DNA of 51,133 bases from a bacterium. GTDB taxonomy: Bacteria > Hinthialibacterota > Hinthialibacteria > Hinthialibacterales > Hinthialibacteraceae. The stretch lies in the NCBI GenBank assembly GCA_041946805.1, contig JBHGBC010000026.1, positions 1 through 51,133 of the forward strand. Reading direction: 5' to 3'. Numbering within the stretch: the first letter of the stretch is position 1; each line of letters opens with the position of its first letter. Both the position numbers and the translations under genes were made by a program. The notes under the pieces were generated by a model. It was not told where the DNA came from, did not search any database, and saw nothing but the letters and a program-made list of their open reading frames with translations. Positions 17,201 to 26,636 of the stretch are shown in pieces.

Positions 17201-18945
17201 TGGATGCAGTCTTCCCGGGGATATTCGGCCTGCGTCGCGTTCCAATCGATAAGAATCCGCCGGGATTCATCCTCGGAAAGAATCGGCAGGCGCGCGATGG
17301 GCTGGTCCGGATTCATCGAAAGTCCCCGCAGAAAAATGTCAAACTGCCGCTGCATTTCATTCAGGCTGGAGGTGTCGATTATCCGGGGATCGTACAACCA
17401 ACGGCATTCCATACCATCCTCGCTCAGGACCAACAAGAAATACGTTCCGGGACCGGCGCTTTGGCCGTTCATTCCCGGGCCCCATTCGACAGCCACGGGC
17501 AAGCCCGCGTGATAGCCCGATTCCGTGACATCACGGAGCTGGGGATACCGGGCCAGGACATCCCGCGCGTAGGTTTGGCGGCGGCGGACGGTCTTCAATT
17601 CGGAAAGGGAAGACGCCAGATTTTCGGCAAACGGCCGATGGGGATCGAACGAGAACCGCACAGGCGCTTGGGTAGCGTGGAATTGTTCGAATCCATGCAA
17701 GCGACTGGCCAGGGAGGCATCGCTGTAGCCGATATCGAAATCCGACGCGCCGGTGATCCGGGCCAGCCATGCGCCGAAGGCGGTCAGATGAAAATCGGCC
17801 ATCGGAACCTCAGGATCCAAGGCTTTCACATAACCATGAATCTCCTGGGGAATCGGAAAAAAAAACGTTTCGAACTTCCTGGAGTCGTTCTCTTCCCGCG
17901 CGTGTTTCCGATAGGGAATATGGAAAGGTTCAAGGCTTGACAGCTTCTTGATCCAATAATCTTCATGCCGGACCAGGCTGTCATGGACTTCGGTGAGGCG
18001 GCGAGATACCTCCGGTGGAATCTGGGCGAGGCGGTCTCCCGTCTCCAATTTTGAGGCGCGGACATAATCCAAAATCGTCAGCGGATTACCTTCCAGGGTG
18101 GACAAACTGGTAATCGATACGCGGCCGTCACGGGTCGCGATACTCAGCCGGTCTTCGCTGACCTCCAGAACCGTTCCCGGATGCGCGTGGGTGGTTTGTC
18201 CAAGGATTTCGACACCCGTGACCGCCGCCAGGATGCCACCCGCCAGGATTTTGGGTAAACCCATGGGATTGACATAGCCGCCGAAATCAAGGGCGCGGAC
18301 AAACGCGCCGATGGCCTCCGCCTCCTGGTTCCAATCGATCAGCGAGGCGTTCGCGGGGCGCTGGTGTTTGGAGTAATTGCGTTTCTCAGCCAGGTTTTGT
18401 TTCTGCCTGTTTACCTTTCCCTGGGCCAATTCACGGATGAGTTCCGGAAACGTGTCGATGGCGGTTTGGAAACAGCGGGTGTTCAAGGTCACGGCGGTTT
18501 CTGAATCGGTGATTTCAAAGAACCGCTGCTTGAGGATGTCGCCTTCATCCACCCCCGGAACCATGGTGTGCCAGGTGATGCCGTATTGTTTTTCCCGGTT
18601 GATCAATGCCCATGTGGGAGTGTTCAAGCCGGCGTACCGGGGCAGGGGACCGTTGTGAAAATTAATTGCGCCTTCGCTGGGCAAGGTCAAAATTTCCGGG
18701 GGGATAATCCGCAGATTGGCGATGCTGAAAAAATAATGGAAAGGCTGAGAGGATAGAACAGACTGCAGGTCCGATTCGGGATTGATTAGGGGTATTTCGT
18801 TCTTGTGAGTCCATTTGCGGACGGCGGGATCGGAACTGATGATCCCCAGGATCGGATGTTCTTGTTGAAGCAGAAAGTCCGCGCATTGAATGAGGACGGA
18901 TTCACCTCCCATCAGATAACAGCGGAGTTTACGTGGCGTGTTCAT
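14209..18945 (-). CDS. Single-module NRPS-like enzyme: formyltransferase - partial condensation - adenylation interrupted by a luciferase-like (MupA/Atu3671-type) monooxygenase - PCP
   Basis: Fmt-like AINFHNGPLPRYAG / VDEGDI. A motifs YVIYTSGSTGNPKG, FDIS, NMYGPTE, GELLIGGDGVARGY, YRTGD, QVKISGYRIELGEI and PNGKIDR. LLM insert WTPERHFHAFGG / HNPIRVAEEW. PCP motif FFNLGGHSL. Confidence 0.93.
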   Translation of the reverse strand: MNTPRKLRCYLMGGESVLIQCADFLLQQEHPILGIISSDPAVRKWTHKNEIPLINPESDLQSVLSSQPFHYFFSIANLRIIPPEILTLPSEGAINFHNGPLPRYAGLNTPTWALINREKQYGITWHTMVPGVDEGDILKQRFFEITDSETAVTLNTRCFQTAIDTFPELIRELAQGKVNRQKQNLAEKRNYSKHQRPANASLIDWNQEAEAIGAFVRALDFGGYVNPMGLPKILAGGILAAVTGVEILGQTTHAHPGTVLEVSEDRLSIATRDGRVSITSLSTLEGNPLTILDYVRASKLETGDRLAQIPPEVSRRLTEVHDSLVRHEDYWIKKLSSLEPFHIPYRKHAREENDSRKFETFFFPIPQEIHGYVKALDPEVPMADFHLTAFGAWLARITGASDFDIGYSDASLASRLHGFEQFHATQAPVRFSFDPHRPFAENLASSLSELKTVRRRQTYARDVLARYPQLRDVTESGYHAGLPVAVEWGPGMNGQSAGPGTYFLLVLSEDGMECRWLYDPRIIDTSSLNEMQRQFDIFLRGLSMNPDQPIARLPILSEDESRRILIDWNATQAEYPREDCIHDQFEAQVKRTPDAPAVAYQNQEWTYRELNRRANQVAHYLRKQGVGPDILVGVHMERSLEMMAGLFGILKAGGAYVPLDPDFPRERLAFMVQDTRVPVLLTTSRLAGNLPADKAQIVCLDTDWETIARESPENERVAVRPEHLAYVIYTSGSTGNPKGVMLEHRNVINFFTGMDERLAHDNPGVWLAVTSLSFDISVLELFWTLARGFKVVLYSQDDRVSSPAPKRSRFVSRPLDFSLFYFSSNEAADENDKYRLMLEGAKFADEHGFLAVWTPERHFHAFGGLFPNPAVTGAALAAITRRTRIRSGSCVLPLHNPIRVAEEWAVVDNLSGGRVDLSVAAGWQPNDFVLRPENYASRKESMFRDIETLKRLWRGEAVPFPNPHGEQVPVRTLPRPIQAELPVWITTAGNPETYIQAAQAGANVLTHLLGQSIEQVAEKIEIYHKTWTECGHPGRGHVTLMLHTFTGEDDDAVHETVRGPMKEYLRSAMSLVKEAAWYFPTFQKLSSDSGKSIDETFESLKPAELDALLEFAFERYYEQSGLFGSLRRCMGIVGRLKEIGVDEIACLIDFGVPTETVLEHLPHLNQVREAANAGLEGAEGDYSIAALIHRHGVTHFQCTPSMINMLQTDTETREALRRIQCLMIGGEPLPAALANTLAELIPGEVHNMYGPTETTIWSSTAPVRKGTELITVGRPIANTQFYVVDKHLQIVPAGLTGELLIGGDGVARGYLDRPELTASRFIPNPFVPDSPSRVYRTGDVARFLPNGEIELLGRLDHQVKISGYRIELGEIVNRIEQHPGIREAVVVPREDTPGDKRLAAYLVPRPDAQLTSQDLRAFLLEQLPGYMVPAHFVILDEFPHTPNGKIDRKALPAPEKALQVLGGSDAGYAAPVTGTEKTLAAIWRDILKVPRVDLNDNFFNLGGHSLLAIQLIAAIRQAFHVDLPLGTLFKTPTLAEQAAAVQQLIIEQSDEDRLAAALENLDQLSDDEVRALLARQEE

Positions 18946-19361
18946 GCGTTTCCCCCCTTATTCCCTTATCCTCTTAATTATCTTTCAAGTAACCGGATGG
19001 TTGTTGCCTGCAATGAAAATGAAATCCTTGGTTATAGCACGCCGAGATGGTGTGACGCGCATGGAGTAATTCATGTTGGAGGTGTATCAAAGAGGAGAAA
19101 TACCAGAGATGAATGAAAATCGAAAAAAATAGAAGAAAACGGCAGCAATATTATTCTAATATCCTGGATACAAAAGATTTATTTCACATGGATTCATTAT
19201 TTTTTTATGCCAGGGAGAGCCTCGCCGAGTTACGGCCCAACTAAACCGGGGCATGTTTGGCAAAAACTTGAAACGCTGACCGAACATCTATTATTTTACC
19301 AAAATTATCCAATTAGTCAATATTTTTTTCGCCCCTTTTCTGGAATACCCTATACATCGGT

Positions 19362-19859
19362 TCAGGATCGATGCAGATAATCTTGGCAGGCCTGAACGGC
19401 GAGCTGGTCGCAGCGTTCGTTTTGGGGGTGGCCGGCGTGGCCGGGGACGTGCTCGAAAGTGATCTGGTGGGTTTGGCAAAAGGCATCCAATTTTTTCCAA
19501 TATTCCACGTTTTTGATTGCTTCCCAGCCGGCGGAAACCTTGCGTTTCCAATTATGCCGCTTCCAGTTTTTGATCCATTCGTTGATACCCCGGACGATAT
19601 AGGCACTATCGGTAACGACATGGACCCGGGTGGGCCGTTTGAGTTTTTGGAGGCCTTCGATGACCGCTTGCAGTTCCATCTGGTTATTGGTGGTGTGGGG
19701 ATGCCCGCCGCTGGCTTCGAGGATTTTGCCCGTCGGCACATGGATCAGGATGAATCCCCACCCGCCGGGGCCGGGATTGCCACTGCACGCGCCGTCGGTG
19801 TAGAGGATCACTTCGGGAGCGTTTTTCGAATGTGTGGAAGAGATATTGGTTCGCGCCAT
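19362..19859 (-). CDS. rnhA: Ribonuclease HI
   Basis: LYTDGACSGNPGPGGWG, TTNNQMEL, VTDSAY, WKRHNWK, VPGHAGHPQNERCDQLA. Start trimmed to ATG 19859. Confidence 0.96.
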   Translation of the reverse strand: MARTNISSTHSKNAPEVILYTDGACSGNPGPGGWGFILIHVPTGKILEASGGHPHTTNNQMELQAVIEGLQKLKRPTRVHVVTDSAYIVRGINEWIKNWKRHNWKRKVSAGWEAIKNVEYWKKLDAFCQTHQITFEHVPGHAGHPQNERCDQLAVQACQDYLHRS

Positions 19860-19989
19860 GGAAAACATTGTATAAAGGAAATGGGGATTGTCAGTCCCGG
19901 AGAATGAGGAAGTGGGGACGAAAAAAAAAGACGAAAAGGACGAAAATGACATAAAGGAAAAAAGGGGACAAAAACATCCTATTTGTTTT

Positions 19990-20022
19990 CCCTCTCCCTC
20001 TGGGAGAGGATTAGGGTGAGGG
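19990..20022 (+). repeat. PIT/BoxC-like repeat copy 3
   Basis: ccctctccc-tct-gggagagga-tta-gggtgaggg. Confidence 0.85.
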
Positions 20023-20150
20023 GAACCCTTTCGCTTCAGGTTCACTTCACGAAAAAAAAAGCATAAACCCATGTTATACAAGAAGTTGAGTTCACTTAAA
20101 GGGACGGCCTTACGGTAGTCCAGGATTTCAATCATGGGCCAATGCCCAGA

Positions 20151-20176
20151 ATCCCCGCTTTCGCGGGGATGACATC
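20151..20176. repeat. Palindromic repeat family B (atccccgctttcgcggggatgacatc), copy 1
   Basis: Near-identical copies at 23411-23436 and 45785-45810. Confidence 0.75.
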
Positions 20177-20202
20177 GTAAGAATGGATTATCCGAAACAT
20201 CC

Positions 20203-23200
20203 TCACCAAAAATCCACTCCCACAGTGAGGCGGGTTTCGAGGGCGCGCTTGATTTTGTCGAGCGATTCGGACAAGTGGTCACGCGAATAGGCGTCCAACT
20301 GATCCTGGTGCGATTCGAGGAACGAGCCGATGCGCTTCGCCATCTCATTCAACGAACGCCAGGCCTGGGTGCGGGCATCCTCGGGCATGCCGGAAACCGG
20401 CTGATGGACGATTTCGATCATGCGCTTCAGGTGCTGGCGTTGGAGAATGCGCCGGTACGTGGAAATGCAGGGCTTTTGCGCCGTGAACGGCCCCCGCGGA
20501 GGAGTGACGTTGGGATCGATTTCCCGCCAGATCCCATTGGTCATGGTGTCGAACAGCTCGGGAATGGTGAACGTCACTTCCCCCTCCCGGCGTTGTTTTT
20601 CCGCGTCTTGGATGCGCCGGAGGATGAGCGGCGAGTAGATCTCGTAGAGGACCGCGTCGTACAGATTGTACACCACGATGGACAGGGGGAACTCGCTGGA
20701 CGGGCCGGGCCAGTCGTATCCCCATTGCAGCCATTTTTCCGCGGCGAGCAGATTCAGCAGTTTGGGATCCACCTGAAAGAGGCGGTCGGAGAAGAGATTG
20801 TCCAAAATGAAATTGACCGCTTCGCGCTGCTTGACGGCGGAAACCGGCTGGAGGGGAGTCACATCGCTCGCGCCGCTTTTCTTGATCCGGTTGACATACT
20901 GGCCGCCGAGGTACTTGAGGGAAAATCGGGCCGAGTCGAAATAGTAGCTCAGCAAGGTGAGAAATCCCCGGCGGACCATCGAGTAATCTTCCCCTTCCTT
21001 GACGATCTTCGGCAACTTGGGGAGGGTCTCGAGGATGATCTGGTTTTGGTACCGCGCGAAGGCGAGGGGATCGTTGCCCAGGTCGAATTGATTGCAGAGG
21101 GGATCCACGCCCAGGCCGTAGTAGGGGGGGCCCGAGAAGAGATCTTCTTCCGTGCCGTAGGTCAATCCTGGCGTTTCTTGTTTTTGGGCGATTTGGTTGA
21201 GAAGGCCGGCCTCGGTTTCGCCAGTGGCGGGCTGGATGGGCTTGTAGGCGTATTCGACGGCCAGGTAATCATACGCGCCGATGGTCGGTTCAAAGTAATG
21301 CCCCTGCTCTTTCCCTTCTGGCGCGATATTCACGGGCAGGTAATCCATGACGCTGGAGGAGATGCTCTTTTCGCGGGTGATGTTCTTGTCACGCAGCTCA
21401 TCCTGGGACAGCATGAGGCTGCCCTCGAAGTTGTGGCGCAATCCCAAAACATGGCCGAACTCGTGCGCGGCGACCGAAAAGAGATACTGATTGACGAAAT
21501 CGTCCATGACTTCCGGAGAGACGTTTTCCACTCCCGTGCGGGCGGCCAACACGGTGAGGGCAAAGAGTGACTGATCCATCAACTCCTGTTGATACGTACA
21601 GGCGAGTTTCGACGGATTGGGAGGGAGTGGCCGGGACAGGCGGTCCTTTACCATTGCCACGGCGTCCGGTTCGCGGATCCGGCGCAAGGCCAGCAGGCCG
21701 CGGATGGTATCCCCCTCGATGATGAATCCGCCATGAATGATTTCACCGCTGCGCGGATCGGCGATCCATTGGGCGACGCCGGCATAGGCGGAATCGAACG
21801 ATTCGTTCCAGTGGATGGTGTTGTAGCGGGCGTCGGAGATATCCCAGTCGGCGTCGTCGGGCTGGATGTTGACCACGATGGCGTTCTGGATGCCGATTTT
21901 CTCGAAGGCCTTGTTCCATTCCAGCACGCCGTTCTTGATCGGATCGCGGTATTTTTCCGGAACGGTCTTCTCGATCCAAACCGTGATGGGTTTGACGGGC
22001 GGCGAGAGAGGCAGTTCGGGGCTGGCCTTGCGGATGTCCCACTTGGAGACGGACCGGACAAAGAAATCGAATTGCTCGTCGTGGGACAGATCCACCCGGG
22101 CTTCCAGAAAATGCCCGATGCGGTAGTCAGCGGGGCGGGGCTTGAAGTCCGGGTTGTCCTTGAGTTTCCGGACATCCACGATCACCTCGACCTGGGCGCT
22201 GCCGGGCGTGGGGATGACGACCGCTCCCCCGGGCGCGCCCGAACGGAAGGCGAAAAGGGTGCGGGTGACTACGTTTTCAGGAAAGACCTTGGTCTGTTTG
22301 ATGTAGCTGTCGCCCCGGTCGAAACCGTAGGCCCCGCCCAGGGAGGAGCGGACATCCTCGCCGAGGTTGAAGAAATCGGTGAGGAAGAATTTGCTCATGT
22401 CAATGAGGCTGGCGGAATTGGCGGGATTGGTGGCTTCGATGGGCAGGGACGCGACGATGGCGTCGCTGAAGTTTTTGGCGATGGCCTGCTGTTCCTTGGA
22501 GCCTTCGGGAGCGGTGAAGCGGAGATTGCGCTGGACCAGCTGCAATTTCTCGTCGATTTTGCGGAATTCAAAGATCTGGCTGCCCAAATACGAGCCCGGC
22601 TTAACCCATCCGGTACCCAGGCCGGTAGCCAGAACTCCGGACAAGAGGAAATTTTGATCGAGCTGTTCTGGGTTGATTTCCCAAAAGATACGCTCTTTTT
22701 GTTCATAGATGGTGAAAAGCCCTACGGTTTTGGTGGCATCCTTGATGAGTTCGTCGAATTTACCGGGTTTCTCTGGTTTTTCGGGCTTTTCCCCGGAAGG
22801 CGGCTGTGAGGGGCCGGGTTTTCCCTCGGCGGGTTTTTCCTCGGGCTGTTCTTCGGCGGCGGGAGGCGCCTGGTTGATTTCGCTGGTGATCGTGCCGCCG
22901 TTTACCGTGACGTCCGAGTTGATGAAGATGAATTGGATGCCATGGTTGGTGTTTTCGATATCTCCCACCTCACGGCTTTTATCGCTTTTATCGGATTCTC
23001 CGGCGGGTTGCGTTTTTTTCGGGGGAGGCGGAACCACCTTCGGTTTGGGGGCCGGAGCCGCCGGAGCCGTGGCGGCTTGCACTTCCGGCGTGGCCGGCTG
23101 GATAGTTTCCGTGGCTTTTTCGACTTCCGCGGCCGCGGGAGGTTCATCTCCCGCCAAGACGGGGCACGCGCACAAGGCCCAGGCCGTCAAGATCATCAAC

Positions 23201-23229
23201 CCACAAGCGATCCGAAAACGATCCGACAT
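20203..23229 (-). CDS. Secreted zinc-dependent metalloprotease (metzincin; DUF5117/DUF4953-type)
   Basis: Signal peptide, Pro/Ala/Glu-rich linker, HEFGHVLGLRHNF zinc motif, SSVMDY Met-turn, IGAYDYLAVEYAY. Start ATG 23229. Confidence 0.88.
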   Translation of the reverse strand: MSDRFRIACGLMILTAWALCACPVLAGDEPPAAAEVEKATETIQPATPEVQAATAPAAPAPKPKVVPPPPKKTQPAGESDKSDKSREVGDIENTNHGIQFIFINSDVTVNGGTITSEINQAPPAAEEQPEEKPAEGKPGPSQPPSGEKPEKPEKPGKFDELIKDATKTVGLFTIYEQKERIFWEINPEQLDQNFLLSGVLATGLGTGWVKPGSYLGSQIFEFRKIDEKLQLVQRNLRFTAPEGSKEQQAIAKNFSDAIVASLPIEATNPANSASLIDMSKFFLTDFFNLGEDVRSSLGGAYGFDRGDSYIKQTKVFPENVVTRTLFAFRSGAPGGAVVIPTPGSAQVEVIVDVRKLKDNPDFKPRPADYRIGHFLEARVDLSHDEQFDFFVRSVSKWDIRKASPELPLSPPVKPITVWIEKTVPEKYRDPIKNGVLEWNKAFEKIGIQNAIVVNIQPDDADWDISDARYNTIHWNESFDSAYAGVAQWIADPRSGEIIHGGFIIEGDTIRGLLALRRIREPDAVAMVKDRLSRPLPPNPSKLACTYQQELMDQSLFALTVLAARTGVENVSPEVMDDFVNQYLFSVAAHEFGHVLGLRHNFEGSLMLSQDELRDKNITREKSISSSVMDYLPVNIAPEGKEQGHYFEPTIGAYDYLAVEYAYKPIQPATGETEAGLLNQIAQKQETPGLTYGTEEDLFSGPPYYGLGVDPLCNQFDLGNDPLAFARYQNQIILETLPKLPKIVKEGEDYSMVRRGFLTLLSYYFDSARFSLKYLGGQYVNRIKKSGASDVTPLQPVSAVKQREAVNFILDNLFSDRLFQVDPKLLNLLAAEKWLQWGYDWPGPSSEFPLSIVVYNLYDAVLYEIYSPLILRRIQDAEKQRREGEVTFTIPELFDTMTNGIWREIDPNVTPPRGPFTAQKPCISTYRRILQRQHLKRMIEIVHQPVSGMPEDARTQAWRSLNEMAKRIGSFLESHQDQLDAYSRDHLSESLDKIKRALETRLTVGVDFW

Positions 23230-23299
23230 GAAGACTCTCCTTTGTATTATGAATTCAGCCGCAATACGAACGGACATGCAGGTCCGTCTCTTTAAATTT

Positions 23300-23436
23300 C
23301 CCTCTCCCAGAGGGAGAGGGGATTAAGGAGGTAGAAGATGGCCTCCCGTGAAAGTCGATCCTGGCCTGGGTATTCATGCCACCTCACAATACAACACCTT
23401 TCCCTTCTGGAATCCCGCTTTTGCGGGGATGACATC
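23300..23436. repeat. Partial PIT-like hairpin (23300-23320) and palindrome family B copy 2 (23411-23436)
   Basis: ccctctccc-aga-gggagaggg; aatcccgcttttgcggggatgacatc. Confidence 0.7.
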
Positions 23437-23519
23437 CTGGAATACCAATTTGTTATAAAAAACAGACCCACAATCTGGATATTTGAATCCGCATTATAGG
23501 ATGCGGGTCTTGTCTTTGA

Positions 23520-24569
23520 CTAGGGTCGGAACCGGGTGGGAGAGGGCGTTTGAGCCACGGCGGCGGTATCCGGAAGATCACTGGGAAGGCTCCAGTCCGT
23601 ATGCGGGGCGCGGTTCTCGATGAACCAGCCGTGGAGGACCTTGCCGTAGGTCTGGTATTTCATGCCGTGGCGCTCGTAGAGGGGCCACAGGCATTGCTGC
23701 AGCCGGGGGAGATTATAAAAGGGCACGCCCGGAAAATAGTGGTGTTCGAGGTGGTAGTTGGAATTCAGGTAGACGAAATCCCAGAACCAGCTGCCTTTCA
23801 TCATGGTGGACCATTGCGCGATATCTTTCGGATTCACATTGTAATGCTGTCCGGCGCGGTTGATGGTGAAGGCCACGGGAAACACGAAGAAGTAGGGAAC
23901 CGCGTACAGCTTGAAATACAACCCGACGCCGCCCCATCCCAGCAGAGCGGACATGGCGGCCAGATGCAGGGCGATGGTGATCCATCGTTCCCGTTGGATT
24001 TGTTTCCGCAACGCGGCCGGGTAGGTTTTCGCCTCGCGCGCGGCGGCCCGGAAATAGATAGGGAACAGGGCCGGGGTCATGTAGAGGAACTTGTACCATC
24101 GCTTGACGATCTTGGGGGTGAGATGCGCGCGTTTGGGATCGCCGGTGTTGGAGCCCAACTCGTCGTGGTGGTCGAGATGCCAGCGGGTGAACTGGGTGCG
24201 GGAGATGCCGCTGGGCAGGGCGTACAACCAGCCCATCAGGGCGTTCAGACGCGGGCGGCCGGCGGCGAAGATCAGGTTGTGCACGGCCTCGTGCAGCAGG
24301 ACGGTGAAATCGAAAATCACGAATCCCAAAACCAGGGAGCCAGGCAGCCAGATCCATAGGGAATTATACGTGACGCCATAAACCGCCGCGGCGGCGATCA
24401 CGAGTTGCCGCAGGAGCGTCCGGAAATGCCGCCAGGCTGAGCGCTGATGCAGTTCGCGCAAGACTTCGCGCGGCAGGGCTTCGCGCAGTTCGCGGCGGAA
24501 ACCGCCCAGGTGGCGGTAATAGTACCGGTTTTTCTTCCGAACGAGCTCCGGATTTTGCGTTGACGTCAT
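23520..24569 (-). CDS. Membrane fatty acid desaturase family protein
   Basis: Three His boxes (HEAVH, HLDHH, HLEHH) with intervening TM segments. Confidence 0.88.
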   Translation of the reverse strand: MTSTQNPELVRKKNRYYYRHLGGFRRELREALPREVLRELHQRSAWRHFRTLLRQLVIAAAAVYGVTYNSLWIWLPGSLVLGFVIFDFTVLLHEAVHNLIFAAGRPRLNALMGWLYALPSGISRTQFTRWHLDHHDELGSNTGDPKRAHLTPKIVKRWYKFLYMTPALFPIYFRAAAREAKTYPAALRKQIQRERWITIALHLAAMSALLGWGGVGLYFKLYAVPYFFVFPVAFTINRAGQHYNVNPKDIAQWSTMMKGSWFWDFVYLNSNYHLEHHYFPGVPFYNLPRLQQCLWPLYERHGMKYQTYGKVLHGWFIENRAPHTDWSLPSDLPDTAAVAQTPSPTRFRP

Positions 24570-24742
24570 GCCATCCGCCTGTGGGGGGGATTCGAGTGTT
24601 TACGAGCGGCCGTGACATTCTTATTGTAGGCGTGTGGAAGGAGAGGAGCAAGCAAATGAGGATGAATGAGGAAGAGGGGATCATGTGGCGCGGGCTTCCA
24701 GCCCGTGAATCGGCTCACCGTGGCCGGGAAAGCCGCGCCCTA

Positions 24743-25273
24743 TCAGGTTTGTTTCATCGATTCCTTGCGGGCTTTGCGCCCCTCGGTGAGGTGGCTCTTG
24801 ATCAGGTTGGCGGCTTTCAGGCGCGTGGTGTGCTCCACGTGGGCGATCTCATCCGCCAGGGCCTGAATGGCGGTTTGATAGATCTCCGACTCGGCCTTGG
24901 CCAGATCGAAGAGTTTGCTCTTGTAAAAAAGAGTTTTCACGATCGCGGCCATCACCTCGGGATCCCGGTGTTTCAGCTCTTCCTTGGTTTTCTCGATTTC
25001 CAGGGAATAGGTTTCCGGCTTCTCTCCCTCGTCGCCGTCAAGGCGGATCGGTTCCCGCATTCCGGCCAGGATCCGCTGCACCCCCTCCGCGTCGAGCAAC
25101 GGGCGCAACCCTCCGGCATGGGCCTGATGAAAGGGAACCATGACTTTGACATCCCCGGATTGCAGGACGTAAAAGGATTGCTCGATCCCATCCACCGGCA
25201 TTTTCCGGATCGCCTTGATTTTGCAAATCCCTAGACCGGGCTTGACCACGGTATCTCCAACCTGGTACGTCAT
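24743..25273 (-). CDS. CarD/TRCF-RID family transcription factor
   Basis: YQVGDTVVKPGLGICKIKAI...VKVMVP...GLRPL RNAP-interaction domain; C-terminal helical domain ending LADEIA. Confidence 0.82.
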   Translation of the reverse strand: MTYQVGDTVVKPGLGICKIKAIRKMPVDGIEQSFYVLQSGDVKVMVPFHQAHAGGLRPLLDAEGVQRILAGMREPIRLDGDEGEKPETYSLEIEKTKEELKHRDPEVMAAIVKTLFYKSKLFDLAKAESEIYQTAIQALADEIAHVEHTTRLKAANLIKSHLTEGRKARKESMKQT

Positions 25274-25379
25274 GATCGTATCTCATTCGCGAATGGATCG
25301 CGGTGCCCGGCCTGCGTCCCGGGATCGGTGAACGGATGGTTTTCCGCCGAGAGGAACCGAATGCGGGAGAGGACGGCCC

Positions 25380-26636
25380 TCAAGCCGTTTCGACCTGGTC
25401 TTCGAACACCAGGAGAGGTTCGGATCCTTCGGTAATGACCTCCTTGGTGATAATGCACTTGGAGACGCCGGTCATGGAAGGAATTTCGAACATGATGTCC
25501 CGCATGGCCTTTTCCAGGATGGCCCGCAGTCCGCGGGCGCCGGTTTTGCGCTCCACCGCCTTGCGGGCGATGGCGTCGAGTGCGTCGGGAGAGAACTCCA
25601 GCTCCACGCCTTCCAGTTCGAACAGTTTCTGATACTGCTTGCAGATGGCGTTTTTGGGGATGGTGAGGATATTTTTCAGGGCTTTTTCATCCAGTTCCTC
25701 CAGGGCGGCCACGCAGGCGAATCGGCCGACGAACTCGGGAATCATGCCGAACTTGATGAGGTCCTCCGGCTCCACCAGGTTGAGGATGTTGTCCTCGTCC
25801 ACGGCCACCAGGCCTTCGTCCGCGAGATAAAATCCAATGACGCGCTTGCCGATGCGGCGTTCCACGATTTTATCCAGCCCGACGAACGCCCCGCCGCAGA
25901 TGAACAAAATATCGGTGGTGTTGACTTGGATGAATTCCTGATGGGGGTGCTTGCGTCCGCCCTGGGGCGGGACGTTGCACACGGTCCCCTCGATGATCTT
26001 GAGCAGGGCCTGCTGGACGCCTTCGCCGGAGACATCGCGGGTGATCGAGACGTTCTGCGTGGTGCGGGCGATCTTGTCGATCTCGTCGATGTAAATGATC
26101 CCCTTTTCCGCTTTTTCCACGTGATAACCCGTGGTCATGAGCAGTTTGAGGATGATGTTTTCGACATCCTCGCCCACGTAGCCGGCCTCGGTGAGGGTGG
26201 TGGCGTCCACGATGGTGAAGGGCACGTTGAGGATCTTGGCCAGGGTCTGGGCGATATACGTCTTGCCGGAGCCGGTTGGCCCGATCATCAGGATGTTGCT
26301 TTTCTGGATTTCCACATCGCTGTTGATCGTCTCGTGGTAGCGGATGCGTTTCAAATGGTTGTGGACGGCGACCGCGACCGATTTCTTGCTGCTCTCCTGC
26401 CCGATGATGTATTGATCCAGCGCCTCCTTGATTTCCTTGGGTTTCAGGAATTCGCGCAGTTCGACTTCGATCTCCTCCTCGAGCACACTGTTGCACAGCC
26501 GCACGCACTCGTCGCAGATGTAGGCGGGCTGGGAGGTGTGTTTCTGAGGAGGGCCCGCGATCAATTTCTTGACTTCGTCCTGATGTTTTCCGCAAAAGGA
26601 GCAATAGAGCGGTTTATTCTTCACGGCGTAATCCAT
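25380..26636 (-). CDS. clpX: ATP-dependent Clp protease ATP-binding subunit ClpX
   Basis: CSFCGK...ICDEC zinc domain, [38 protein letters not shown] loop, TGARGLR. Confidence 0.98.
   Translation of the reverse strand: MDYAVKNKPLYCSFCGKHQDEVKKLIAGPPQKHTSQPAYICDECVRLCNSVLEEEIEVELREFLKPKEIKEALDQYIIGQESSKKSVAVAVHNHLKRIRYHETINSDVEIQKSNILMIGPTGSGKTYIAQTLAKILNVPFTIVDATTLTEAGYVGEDVENIILKLLMTTGYHVEKAEKGIIYIDEIDKIARTTQNVSITRDVSGEGVQQALLKIIEGTVCNVPPQGGRKHPHQEFIQVNTTDILFICGGAFVGLDKIVERRIGKRVIGFYLADEGLVAVDEDNILNLVEPEDLIKFGMIPEFVGRFACVAALEELDEKALKNILTIPKNAICKQYQKLFELEGVELEFSPDALDAIARKAVERKTGARGLRAILEKAMRDIMFEIPSMTGVSKCIITKEVITEGSEPLLVFEDQVETA

Noticed and set aside
19860..20348. N-terminal extension of the RNase HI ORF to 328 aa
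   Set aside because: The extension runs through repeats and overlaps the upstream protease gene; RNase H homology starts near 19859.
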